56,231 nucleotides of DNA from an uncultured Planctomycetia bacterium (GTDB lineage Bacteria; Omnitrophota; Gorgyraeia; JACOVV01), in NCBI GenBank assembly GCA_964372345.1, contig CAYJQR010000003.1:1-56231 (forward strand). The letters are read 5' to 3'. Made by a program: the position numbers and the translations under genes. Each line of letters opens with the position of its first letter. Positions within the stretch are counted from its first letter, which is position 1. Positions 30,640 through 40,093 of this stretch are shown piece after piece. The notes below the pieces were generated by a model that had not been told where the DNA came from, did no database searches, and saw nothing but the letters and a program-made list of their open reading frames with translations.

Positions 30640-31694
30640 TCTATTAATTCTTCCGTGAGAATCGTGTCCTTTTGTATATTTTTTTTAGCCCTCTTGCCGA
30701 CAATTTCTTCTAGCATCTTTGGCTGCAACCCTGTTGCGGGTCTTTTAAAAACAAGGTCATCTCTTCTGATCATCATTCCCGCAGGAATGTCCTTCATTGC
30801 CGCGATACTTCGTCTCATCCAAGTCAAGTTTTTCAGTTCGGCCGCCGTTGGTTTCTTCATCGGGCTCCCTAGCGCCTTTTCTATCTCCCGTATTCCTCGC
30901 ACAAGATTTCTGAATTCATCAGGTTCTAAGGAAGAGGAATGATCTGGGCCAGGAAGCGTCCGATCCAATGTAAAATGCTTTTCGACAATGACAGCTCCCA
31001 AAGCCACAGCCGTATAAGCAGAAAAATGGCTTTGTGTGTGGTCTGAATATCCCACCAACACATTCAAATCATCTCTCATAGAAACCATGGCCCTTAGATT
31101 CGCGTCTTCTATGGCGGAAGGATAATTTGTCGTACATTGCAGCAGGATTACCTGATCATTTCCAGTCGTTCGAACCGCTTCCAAGGATTCACGAATCTCC
31201 TCTACGGTAGACATTCCCGTTGACAGAATGATCGGCTTATTTAGTTTTGCAATGTATTTTAGAAAAGGGCTCTCGACTAATTGCCCCGAAGCAATTTTAA
31301 AAGCGTCCACATTCAGGCCGTTTAAGAAATCTACATCACTAAAATGATAGGGTGTTGAAAGGAATTGAATATCCAATTCCTGACACAGGGAAATAAGTCT
31401 AGGATAGATATTTTCTGATAGCTCCAGCTTCTTGAGCATTTCAAACTGAGACTCTTGGGGATCGGTAGTCTTCAGTTGGTAAGCGGCTTTAGGTGATTGT
31501 CTGGTTGTGACTGTTCCCGCCTTAAATGTTTGGAACTTTACACAATCGGCCCCTGATTTTTTCGCCTGCCTGACCAACTCAAGCGCTAACTCTGTGTCTC
31601 CATTATGATTAACCCCTGCTTCCGCAACAATAAAAACCGGCGCTCCTTCACCGATCGTTTTCCTTCTTAGCTTGATTGTCTTCGACATACCCAC
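30636..31694 (-). CDS. neuB: N-acetylneuraminate/legionaminate/pseudaminate synthase family (NeuB), with C-terminal SAF domain
   Basis: 352 aa with FIVAEAGVNHNGD, CVKFQTFK and GYSDHT motifs. Confidence 0.85.
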   Translation of the reverse strand: MGMSKTIKLRRKTIGEGAPVFIVAEAGVNHNGDTELALELVRQAKKSGADCVKFQTFKAGTVTTRQSPKAAYQLKTTDPQESQFEMLKKLELSENIYPRLISLCQELDIQFLSTPYHFSDVDFLNGLNVDAFKIASGQLVESPFLKYIAKLNKPIILSTGMSTVEEIRESLEAVRTTGNDQVILLQCTTNYPSAIEDANLRAMVSMRDDLNVLVGYSDHTQSHFSAYTAVALGAVIVEKHFTLDRTLPGPDHSSSLEPDEFRNLVRGIREIEKALGSPMKKPTAAELKNLTWMRRSIAAMKDIPAGMMIRRDDLVFKRPATGLQPKMLEEIVGKRAKKNIQKDTILTEELIE

Positions 31695-31772
31695 CTTTCT
31701 CTAAAGCATTATAGCACTCCCAGCGCTATTTCCATGCGGAGGGGAATTTATGTTACTATATTATGAGATAAA

Positions 31773-32762
31773 ATGAAAATATGCATCTGGTGCGAAGTCA
31801 CCGACCAACCTTGGGGAGGAAGCAACCAATTCCTTCGCGCACTTTCAAAGGAGTTGACAAAACGGGGCTACGACATTATGCACAAACCCCAAAAAAGGTG
31901 TGATATTGTCCTGTTGAATGCCCACAACACAGGTCCGGGTTCGTATCTATCTCCTAATCACGTTGCTGAACTAAAACAGCACGGCCGTATTTCGTCCTAT
32001 GGATCCCTTATTCCAGCATCTCTATGGAACTTGCTGCCACGGCGAGGCCCTTTTTTATTTCATCGCCTAGATGGTGTCCCGGAATCCTATCGAAGAGTTA
32101 AAACGAAAGCGGATGATATTCAGTTTGCTGTCAATCCATTGGCTGATTTTACTATCTTTCAAAGTAACTATTGCCGTGACGACTTCAAACAATATGGTAT
32201 CCACCCCCTCCGCTCCTGCGTGATTTACAACGGCACCGATCCTTCGTTATTTTACCCAACGGAAGATTCATTCCTAATGGATTCTACTTTCCGCTTAGTC
32301 GCAGTTTCATGGTCAATGAATATCCATAAAGGATTCTCAAAATTAGCTGAAATATCCCAAATCCCCGGTGTGGAAATCCGGTTTATCGGACGCTGGCCCC
32401 CTGCCATTGACACGGCCAAAGTTACTTTATTGGGAACTAAGTCATCTCCGCAGATCGCTGAAATTCTGCGGCAATCCCATGCCATGATCCACGCCGCAGA
32501 AAACGATCCCTGCTCTAATGCGATTATAGAAGCGCTTGCCTGTGGCTTGCCTATCCTTTTTAATGATTCCGGAGGGAATCGCGAGTTAGCAGGAGATTAT
32601 GGAGTCGTGTTGACGAATAACGCGAAGACGGATATCGAACAACTACGATATTCCTATAAAGAGCTCCGAGAAAAAATCCTTGAGCACCGGGTTCGCTTTT
32701 TGATCAGTCGCGCCGCCGACCAGTATCTCGATGCTTTCCAACACGCGTTAAGTTCTCATTGA
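31773..32762 (+). CDS. GT-B (GT4-like) glycosyltransferase
   Basis: 329 aa with a C-terminal ENDPCSNAIIEALACGLPILF motif. Confidence 0.65.
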   Translation: MKICIWCEVTDQPWGGSNQFLRALSKELTKRGYDIMHKPQKRCDIVLLNAHNTGPGSYLSPNHVAELKQHGRISSYGSLIPASLWNLLPRRGPFLFHRLDGVPESYRRVKTKADDIQFAVNPLADFTIFQSNYCRDDFKQYGIHPLRSCVIYNGTDPSLFYPTEDSFLMDSTFRLVAVSWSMNIHKGFSKLAEISQIPGVEIRFIGRWPPAIDTAKVTLLGTKSSPQIAEILRQSHAMIHAAENDPCSNAIIEALACGLPILFNDSGGNRELAGDYGVVLTNNAKTDIEQLRYSYKELREKILEHRVRFLISRAADQYLDAFQHALSSH

Positions 32763-32765
32763 AGC

Positions 32766-33770
32766 ATGACTAAAAAGCAAACAATCACCTGGCTTGTCCC
32801 CCAACGTCCTTGGAAACGTTTCTTGCGGCCGTGGTCCTCTTCACAGTGGCATCCGGATCATTCACTGGGAAGTGTTTGGATCAGGGGACATCAAATAGCC
32901 CCCTACCTCCAACAAAAGGGATATTCAGTGCTTTGCAACAAAATCTCCCCTTCGCTGGATATTGCTATTTTCTTACGCCGCTACGACGCGGAAGATGTCA
33001 TCCTGGCTCAACGATTAAAAAAACGAGGAGTCAAGATCATCGTGGATGTTGTTGCGAATTATTTTAGCCAGGCCTCTTCTCAACAAAGAGACACTTTTCT
33101 AAGACTCATTGATTTAGCGGACCAGATATGGACGGTGTCCCCCTTCCTGAAGGAGGTCGCTTCGGCCCATCACCCTGATGTTCATTTCATTCCTGATTCC
33201 GTGAATCCTCATCACTTCTACAAACGAGACATTCCTAATACTACGACGATGAAAAAACCGCCTCTCGCCATCGGATGGGCTGGGATTTCTCACAAGGCCT
33301 CTTTTTTAGCGATGTTGACGCCTGTCCTGAGACCAGCGATAGAACAGAAAAAATTACGCGTGGTGGTCATCAGCGATTCTCATCCCAAACTTCCTTTTCC
33401 TTTTGAATTCCGCCGCTGGCGGTATTCTTGTTTCCCACGCGATATTTCAACGTGCGATCTTTGTGCCGCTCCTCGTGACCTGGGTAACGATTATGAAAAA
33501 AGTCATAGTTTCTTTAAGATCGGTGTTTTCATGGCTATGGGAGTTCCTGCGCTAGCGAGCAACGTCCCTTCGTATCGCTTGCTACTGGAAGACGGTAAAG
33601 CTGGGGCTATTTGTCACTCTCTGGAAGAGTGGGGGTATCATCTTAGCCGTTACATAGCTATGCCCAAGTTGAGAATGGAGTGGAGCCGTCAATCCTATCA
33701 GAAGATGGTTCCTTTTCTCACCCCCTCTGTTGCAGAACAAATCGCCGAACAGCTGCGCCGCTTTTCTTAA
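32766..33770 (+). CDS. hypothetical protein, possible divergent GT-B glycosyltransferase
   Basis: 334 aa, transcribed 3 nt downstream of the preceding GT. Only weak GT-B-like C-terminal features (FKIGVFMAMGVPALAS). Confidence 0.4.
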   Translation: MTKKQTITWLVPQRPWKRFLRPWSSSQWHPDHSLGSVWIRGHQIAPYLQQKGYSVLCNKISPSLDIAIFLRRYDAEDVILAQRLKKRGVKIIVDVVANYFSQASSQQRDTFLRLIDLADQIWTVSPFLKEVASAHHPDVHFIPDSVNPHHFYKRDIPNTTTMKKPPLAIGWAGISHKASFLAMLTPVLRPAIEQKKLRVVVISDSHPKLPFPFEFRRWRYSCFPRDISTCDLCAAPRDLGNDYEKSHSFFKIGVFMAMGVPALASNVPSYRLLLEDGKAGAICHSLEEWGYHLSRYIAMPKLRMEWSRQSYQKMVPFLTPSVAEQIAEQLRRFS

Positions 33771-35650
33771 ACATGTTTCCCCCCCCAATTCTTATACCAC
33801 TCCGTGAACATCAAGACCCGCCACAATTTTTTACCCTGAACTACGTCCTTTTTGTTCTTTTCCATTAGCTTCATGATCTTTGGGATATCTAAGAATTGAT
33901 CGACTCCTGGAAAATACAGATTGCTTTTTAAGTAATCCTCCATCCCCGGCTTTAAGAAAATTTTAGAAAAGTCAAAAGTGAACCCTCTCTTACGACGATA
34001 AGCGAAGCATCGCCCAAAATGCCTTTCAGCGATTACCTTGAGCGGGTATTTTCCCTTTCGTCGTATTTTGAACTCAAAAGGAATTGACAGCGCCAAATGG
34101 ACCATTTCTTTATCCAAAAAAGGCACCCTTACTTCCACTGAATTCGCCATGCTCGCCAGATCGACCTTCTTTAGAATCACCGCTTCTAGCATAGCTTTGT
34201 ACCAAACATACAAAAGCCCGTTTAATTCGGGGTTCCGCGCTCCTTCACACACAAAATGATCCAGCAAATCCTTTCTAAAATCCATCAAGCTCTCCGGAGC
34301 ATATTTCTTCGCGGAGAGAAGATTGTTCATTTGAACATCGGCATACTGTGGCAAAATAGACCGCTGGTGAATATATTTTTCTACCATTTGAAAATACCGC
34401 GGTTGAAGCATTCTAAAAACAGGGCTTCTCCCCCACTGATTAATACCCATTTTTTGATACTTCGAAAATAGAAACGCCGAATAGAAAGGTGTATCATACC
34501 CCGCGAAGTTTTCATCACCGCCATCTCCACTGAGAATCACTTTAAACCCTTTTTGGGCAGCCGCTTTTGAAATGATATAGGTCGGCAGAATAGAAGGATC
34601 ATACAAAAGATCATCCACATTCTTTAAAGCATCCACGCAATCTTGCAAGGTTGGATGAAACAATACCTTTACGAGATTCTGCTCGGATAAATTTCGAATC
34701 TTTCTGACCCAGCCATACTCTGAGAATCCATCTTCTGAATAAAGGTGGAATGCCGTGAGGTTTCCTTTTTCCATCAGAATTTTTGTAATCAACGTTGAAT
34801 CAATCCCGCCGCTTAAAAAAACTCCCACCGGAACATCGGACACCAGCTGTTTTTCCACCACTCTTTTCAGAGTCTCTTCGACTTCGGCGATCATTGCTTT
34901 TTCAGGACGAGGTTGAATGTGAAAATGGTAATCCCAGTATTTATTTTTCTCTTTGATACTTCCACTGTCGCTATCCACCACGCAAAATTCGCCGGCGTCT
35001 AATCTGTAAATATCCTTAAAGGGAGTTTTGGGAGGAGGGATTTGATCGAAAAGGAAAAATTCAAAAATATTCTCGTCGGAAATTTTAATGTCCGGAACGT
35101 AGGCGAGGATTGCTTTAATCTCCGAAGCGAAACAGAATAGCCCCTCCTTAACATGGTAATAAAGCGGTTTGACTCCGATGGGATCACGGAAAAGAATGAC
35201 TTCTTTTTTTCTAGAATCGTAGATACAAAAGGCAAAAATCCCCTCGATCTGGTCAACAATTTCAGTTCCCCATTCTTCATAACCATGGCATAAAACTTCC
35301 GTATCAGAGTGGGTTTTGAAAACATGTCCTTTGCCGGTTAAAAATTGCCGCAACCGGCGATAATTATAAATTTCTCCATTGAACACGCACCAAATCGTTC
35401 CATCTTCATTACTGAGCGGCTGCCTTCCGGAATCCAAATCAATAATAGAAAGCCGCTGATGGCCTAATCCGATCTGATAATCTCCCTTCGGTAAGACTTG
35501 AGTATCATAGAAAACTTGGTTTTTGTTGGAGCCGCCTAACAGAAAACCATATTCGTCGGGTCCCCTATGCTTTAAGCTAAAGGAAGCTCTTACTAAATCA
35601 TGAATCTGAATAGGATACTGCTCGGAGATAACTCCAAAGATTCCACACAT
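33767..35650 (-). CDS. asparagine synthase-like glutamine amidotransferase, copy 2
   Basis: 627 aa with the MCGIFG nucleophile and the SGGIDST PP-loop. Confidence 0.85.
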   Translation of the reverse strand: MCGIFGVISEQYPIQIHDLVRASFSLKHRGPDEYGFLLGGSNKNQVFYDTQVLPKGDYQIGLGHQRLSIIDLDSGRQPLSNEDGTIWCVFNGEIYNYRRLRQFLTGKGHVFKTHSDTEVLCHGYEEWGTEIVDQIEGIFAFCIYDSRKKEVILFRDPIGVKPLYYHVKEGLFCFASEIKAILAYVPDIKISDENIFEFFLFDQIPPPKTPFKDIYRLDAGEFCVVDSDSGSIKEKNKYWDYHFHIQPRPEKAMIAEVEETLKRVVEKQLVSDVPVGVFLSGGIDSTLITKILMEKGNLTAFHLYSEDGFSEYGWVRKIRNLSEQNLVKVLFHPTLQDCVDALKNVDDLLYDPSILPTYIISKAAAQKGFKVILSGDGGDENFAGYDTPFYSAFLFSKYQKMGINQWGRSPVFRMLQPRYFQMVEKYIHQRSILPQYADVQMNNLLSAKKYAPESLMDFRKDLLDHFVCEGARNPELNGLLYVWYKAMLEAVILKKVDLASMANSVEVRVPFLDKEMVHLALSIPFEFKIRRKGKYPLKVIAERHFGRCFAYRRKRGFTFDFSKIFLKPGMEDYLKSNLYFPGVDQFLDIPKIMKLMEKNKKDVVQGKKLWRVLMFTEWYKNWGGKHV

Positions 35651-35660
35651 GGTTGTTTTT

Positions 35661-36899
35661 TTAAATGGGAGACGAGATCCTCTTTTCTCTGTTTAAATAA
35701 TAGAAAAGAAACAAGGCAAAAAATAGAGAAGAGAAGACATACTGGGCCATCCTTGCCGTCACAATGCCCCACAGTCCGTGTGAGATCAAAACAAAAAATA
35801 ACACAAAGGGAATTAAAGGATTTAGCATCTCAAATAAATAAAGAAACCTCAATTTCCTTTGAGTTCTGAGAACAGTCCCTAGATACGTGGCGGGGACTGT
35901 GACCGCGAAACTGAGCCATAGCCATTTCGCGTAGGGGATTGACTCCCTATATTTTTCCGAGAAAACAAGCGGTATGACAACCGGCATTAAGAAAAATCCC
36001 GTGATCCCCACCAAGAAAAATAAGCTGATGAGCAATGGAAGTTTTGGTTTCAGATACTGCCAAGCGCTCCTGACATCTTTTGCCGCGGAAAGTTGCGGGA
36101 TCATCATTTGATTAAAAATAGAGTAGAAAGTTCTAATCTGCTCTGGAAATAAAAGGGCGATCGAGTAAACTGCTATTTGCTCCACGGAAAGATGTTCATT
36201 AATAATCGCTTTGTCGGTAAGAACCAACCCTCCCAGTAAAGTCGCTGCTGTCGCGTGAAATCCGTACCGGATAGTCTCTTTTTCTTGTTTTTGATTCTCC
36301 CTTTTCTTAAAAATATAGGAAGTGACCCCAACTGAAAAAATCGCCGATGCTCCCATGACCCCCGCCAGAAGAACATTGAGTTGTCTCTGATTCATGATGA
36401 TCAGGAGCCACAAAATGAGAAAGGAAAGCAAAGCTCTCGAAATGTCCAAATAAGCAAAGAGGTTTAGTTGTTTTCTCCCCCGCAGCCAATGGATCCAAAC
36501 CTTCTGCGTTTCATAAAACGGAAAAATAAGCGCCGCGATCATCAGACCGATGGAGATAGCGCTCCGATTGCTTCCATAATAAAAAGCCATCCCTCCTAAT
36601 ACTAGGCTCCCCACAAGAGTCGCGATTAATTTGTAGTTGAAAATCTTTATCAAATTTCCATACTGCCCTTTGGCGGCAGATAGAGACACGCTGGTATCCA
36701 ATCCGCTCAAACAAAAACTCCCTACGAGCTTTACTAACGACAGGATCAGTTGATATTGTCCAAAGACCTCTTTTGAAACATGGTGGGCCCACAGGCTGCT
36801 GCTCCCTACCCCGATCAGGAGCGTCACCAGTTGCGCGACACCAAGGTTGGTTAGGATTGTCCACGACTGCGGTGAAAATCGTTTAAAAAAACGGCGCAT
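35661..36899 (-). CDS. Wzx-like polysaccharide flippase (MOP superfamily)
   Basis: 412 aa with about 12 TM helices, in glycan-locus context. Confidence 0.6.
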   Translation of the reverse strand: MRRFFKRFSPQSWTILTNLGVAQLVTLLIGVGSSSLWAHHVSKEVFGQYQLILSLVKLVGSFCLSGLDTSVSLSAAKGQYGNLIKIFNYKLIATLVGSLVLGGMAFYYGSNRSAISIGLMIAALIFPFYETQKVWIHWLRGRKQLNLFAYLDISRALLSFLILWLLIIMNQRQLNVLLAGVMGASAIFSVGVTSYIFKKRENQKQEKETIRYGFHATAATLLGGLVLTDKAIINEHLSVEQIAVYSIALLFPEQIRTFYSIFNQMMIPQLSAAKDVRSAWQYLKPKLPLLISLFFLVGITGFFLMPVVIPLVFSEKYRESIPYAKWLWLSFAVTVPATYLGTVLRTQRKLRFLYLFEMLNPLIPFVLFFVLISHGLWGIVTARMAQYVFSSLFFALFLFYYLNREKRISSPI

Positions 36900-36935
36900 C
36901 AGAACATTAATTATAACATCTTTTAGACCTTGATT

Positions 36936-36955
36936 CTTTCACTATCTTTCACTAT
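36936..36955. repeat. tandem 2 x 10-bp direct repeat in a divergent promoter region
   Basis: ctttcactat occurs at 36936-36945 and again at 36946-36955, between the wzx-like start (36899) and the SGNH gene start (36975). Confidence 0.8.
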
Positions 36956-36974
36956 CCTATTGTATTAACCGTTT

Positions 36975-38339
36975 ATGACGTCCCAACCTATCTCATTTTA
37001 CAAGAAACACTTCCGGAGCAAAGGGGCTTTTTTTTGCTGCAATTTATCCCTACTTGCCATTGTGCTTCTGTTGATCAAACCCCTTTTCTATCATGAATCT
37101 TGGCATCCCTTTTTTTTAGGATATAGTTTTCGATACTTTATTTATCTTAGTCTCTACATCGTTCCTGCTGTCTTTTTTGCTGTGGTCATTTCAATCGGAA
37201 ATAAAAAGTTCCAAAGAACCTTTTTTATTTGTTTTGCTTCTCTCTTTTTGTTTTTTGAAATAGGATTAACCCTCTTCCCGCGCGGTTCCATTACAAAAGA
37301 TTTCACTCATTTCTCCAAACCCTATGTGATGTTTACCGGAAAACCTAATGCCTCAGTCATGCTTGTAGATGGGGCGAATCGCCAAGCCGGCAAAAAGGCG
37401 CTCTGGACGATGAATGAACTGGGATTGCGAATTGAACAACCGCTCCCCAAACAGAAAGGAGAAAAAGAAATACGTGTTTTTGTAGTTGGCGGTTCCGCGG
37501 TTCTTCATGGATCCCCGCTCGTCAACACCCTCTCCGGGCAATTGGAACAATGTTTTCATCGAGATGGCATGCTAGAGGTAAAGGTTTACAACTGTGGGAT
37601 ACGCAGTTTTGTTTCTGGGCAAGAACTCAGCCTGATTCTTCATACGCTCGTCGAATACCAACCTGATCTTGTTGTTGTCTATGATGGCGGCAATGATATT
37701 CATCAACCTTACACCTACGATCCGCGTCCGGGCTACCCTTATAACTTCGTTATCTACGAGGCCGGTTTCGCGCGCGTCAACGGAACCGCGTCATTGGCGG
37801 AACTTCTCGGTGGATTGTTCTACAAAAGTAAACTTATCCAATCACTTTTCCAGCCAGGAAGGTATAACTATGACACTATCATTTCCGTTGATCGCGCAAA
37901 AGAGATTAAACAGGCGTGCGCTTATCGTTCCCCTGGATGGGAAACCGAAATCATCACAAGATATATCGGTAATCTTGAAAAGATGTGTCACTTGGCAAAG
38001 GGGTTTGATTTTAAACTGGCCGTTTTTTTGCAGCCCGTGATCTACTTTAAAACACCCCTTGTGGGGCGGGAAAGAGCTTTGCTGGGGGACGACGATTTCC
38101 AAAATTATATGGAGCGCCAGTACGCGAGAATTAAACCCATTTTGAGTGACCTCAACACAAAATACGCCAAAGAAAACCGGTATTTTTTTGCTGATCTTAG
38201 CAACACCTTTACTGGCTATGATAAAGAGGTCTTCTGGGATTTCATCCATATCGATAATGAAGGGAATAAAGTAATCGCCGGCAGGATGTATGACTTTCTC
38301 AAAGAGAAGAAAATTCTAGACTTGGCTCATAGACAATGA
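36975..38339 (+). CDS. membrane-anchored SGNH/GDSL-family hydrolase or acyl-esterase
   Basis: 454 aa with N-terminal TM helices. SGNH-like blocks VFVVGGSAV, VVVYDGGNDI and DFIHID (DxxH). Confidence 0.6.
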   Translation: MTSQPISFYKKHFRSKGAFFCCNLSLLAIVLLLIKPLFYHESWHPFFLGYSFRYFIYLSLYIVPAVFFAVVISIGNKKFQRTFFICFASLFLFFEIGLTLFPRGSITKDFTHFSKPYVMFTGKPNASVMLVDGANRQAGKKALWTMNELGLRIEQPLPKQKGEKEIRVFVVGGSAVLHGSPLVNTLSGQLEQCFHRDGMLEVKVYNCGIRSFVSGQELSLILHTLVEYQPDLVVVYDGGNDIHQPYTYDPRPGYPYNFVIYEAGFARVNGTASLAELLGGLFYKSKLIQSLFQPGRYNYDTIISVDRAKEIKQACAYRSPGWETEIITRYIGNLEKMCHLAKGFDFKLAVFLQPVIYFKTPLVGRERALLGDDDFQNYMERQYARIKPILSDLNTKYAKENRYFFADLSNTFTGYDKEVFWDFIHIDNEGNKVIAGRMYDFLKEKKILDLAHRQ

Positions 38340-40093
38340 ATCTTTTTGTGTTATTGCTTATTTCCCTGCCGGTCTTTCTTGGAGTTCTCTCTCTTCTTAT
38401 TTCGTGTGCCCCATTCGAATTTGTCAAAACCCGCTTGGATGCTTTTACCGTTGATGGGGATGTTTATTTTTTTACAGAGCCGTTTTTTAAAAACGTGATC
38501 CTTAAATTGCGGCTTGTTGGAATTGCCTTTATTCTTGTCGGCAGTTTTATCATCCTTAATCGCCCGAAGATAAAACAATACCTCTTGTTTTTTCTGGAAG
38601 AGATGACCTCCTGTTTACGGAATTCCATTTCTTGCTTTGATGATTTTATAAAAACGGAGGGGAGGCTGCATCTTTTCATTCTTCTCGCCATCGTCCTGTT
38701 AGGAACAGCCACGCGAATCTTTTTTCTTTCTGTCCCCATGCGCTATGATGAAGCGTACACTTTTACTGAATATGCCTCCAAGCCTTTTTATATTGTTCTC
38801 TCCAATTATTCCTCCCCGAATAATCACGTATTTCATACCCTGCTAGTTCGCATGAGTTACCTCATTCTAGGCAACCATCCATGGGTCCTTCGATTACCCG
38901 CGCTATTGGCCGGAGTCTTTACCATACCTGCCGCTTATGGTGTCATTCGCGTTTTCTATAATAAGCATGCCTCCCTGCTGACGGCGGCGTTTGTTGCATC
39001 GTCTTCCATCTTGATTGATTATTCCACTAACGCGCGCGGCTACAGCTTAATGGTCTTATTCTTTCTTCTACTCCTAGCTCTTTCCAAATACCTTAAAGAT
39101 CACGAAAATATTTCCGGCTGGTTCTTTTTTGTTTTACTCTCCGCTCTCGGTTTTTATACCCTCCCAACAATGTGGTACGCTTTTGGAGGAGTCGCCGCCT
39201 GGATCCTATCCTCGGCTCTCTTCAAGGACACGAAGCTGCCCCCCCTGCGTTTAGCGCGAAATCTTGGGATCGCTTCATTAAGCGCGCTTCTTCTAACCCT
39301 TCTCTTTTATCTCCCGGTTCTCGTTGGCTCCGGCGCTCGCTCGCTCGTCGGAAATGATTACGTAACAGTTCATTCCTGGCCTTTTTTTACCCACCACCTG
39401 CTTCTGACGTTAAACTCGACATGGGATCAATGGACAAGAGATTTGCCCTTTTCAATAGAAATATTACTGACGGCCTGTTTTTTTGTTTCCCTGACACGGC
39501 ATCGCCGCCTCACCCAGCACCGCATCCCTGTCATGATCGCTCTCGCCGCCTTCCTTGTCCCATTTTTGATGTTCCATCGCACCATCGGGGCTGACAGGAG
39601 CTGGTTATTTCTACTCCCTTTCGCGCTTGGAGTCGCCTCTTCTGGCCTTGTTTATCTATTCGGATGGATCCGTCTTCCTCGCCAACCCCTATTCATTCCT
39701 GTCTTGAGTTTTCTATTGTGCTGCCTGTTAAGTTGGAATCTCACGCGGAATCGCGCCGTTTACTATTCCAACGAATCAGGCGCTTTTCGAAGCGCCAATG
39801 ACGCGGCGCTTTTCTTTAAAAACTACCTTAAACCCGGAGATAGGATTTTGTCCAAATGTCCAACCGACGCGCCGTTGGAGTATTACTTTCTTCTCCACGG
39901 GCTTCCCAAAAATTTCTTGTATTCTAATGTATCAACAGCAACCCGTTTTTTAGCGGTTGTTCACCGCCAAAGACAACAAACTTTAGAAGATGTTCTAAAA
40001 AACGGCGGGGTATCTACTGACGGATTGACCACGGCAAAAATGATCCAACAATTCCCAGAGGCCATTTTGTATGAACTCGAGCGCAGGCAATAA
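38336..40093 (+). CDS. GT-C fold membrane glycosyltransferase (ArnT/PMT, GT39/83-like), second copy
   Basis: 585 aa and polytopic, with a first-loop MRYDEAYTF acidic motif. 4-nt overlap with the preceding gene. Confidence 0.65.
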   Translation: MNLFVLLLISLPVFLGVLSLLISCAPFEFVKTRLDAFTVDGDVYFFTEPFFKNVILKLRLVGIAFILVGSFIILNRPKIKQYLLFFLEEMTSCLRNSISCFDDFIKTEGRLHLFILLAIVLLGTATRIFFLSVPMRYDEAYTFTEYASKPFYIVLSNYSSPNNHVFHTLLVRMSYLILGNHPWVLRLPALLAGVFTIPAAYGVIRVFYNKHASLLTAAFVASSSILIDYSTNARGYSLMVLFFLLLLALSKYLKDHENISGWFFFVLLSALGFYTLPTMWYAFGGVAAWILSSALFKDTKLPPLRLARNLGIASLSALLLTLLFYLPVLVGSGARSLVGNDYVTVHSWPFFTHHLLLTLNSTWDQWTRDLPFSIEILLTACFFVSLTRHRRLTQHRIPVMIALAAFLVPFLMFHRTIGADRSWLFLLPFALGVASSGLVYLFGWIRLPRQPLFIPVLSFLLCCLLSWNLTRNRAVYYSNESGAFRSANDAALFFKNYLKPGDRILSKCPTDAPLEYYFLLHGLPKNFLYSNVSTATRFLAVVHRQRQQTLEDVLKNGGVSTDGLTTAKMIQQFPEAILYELERRQ

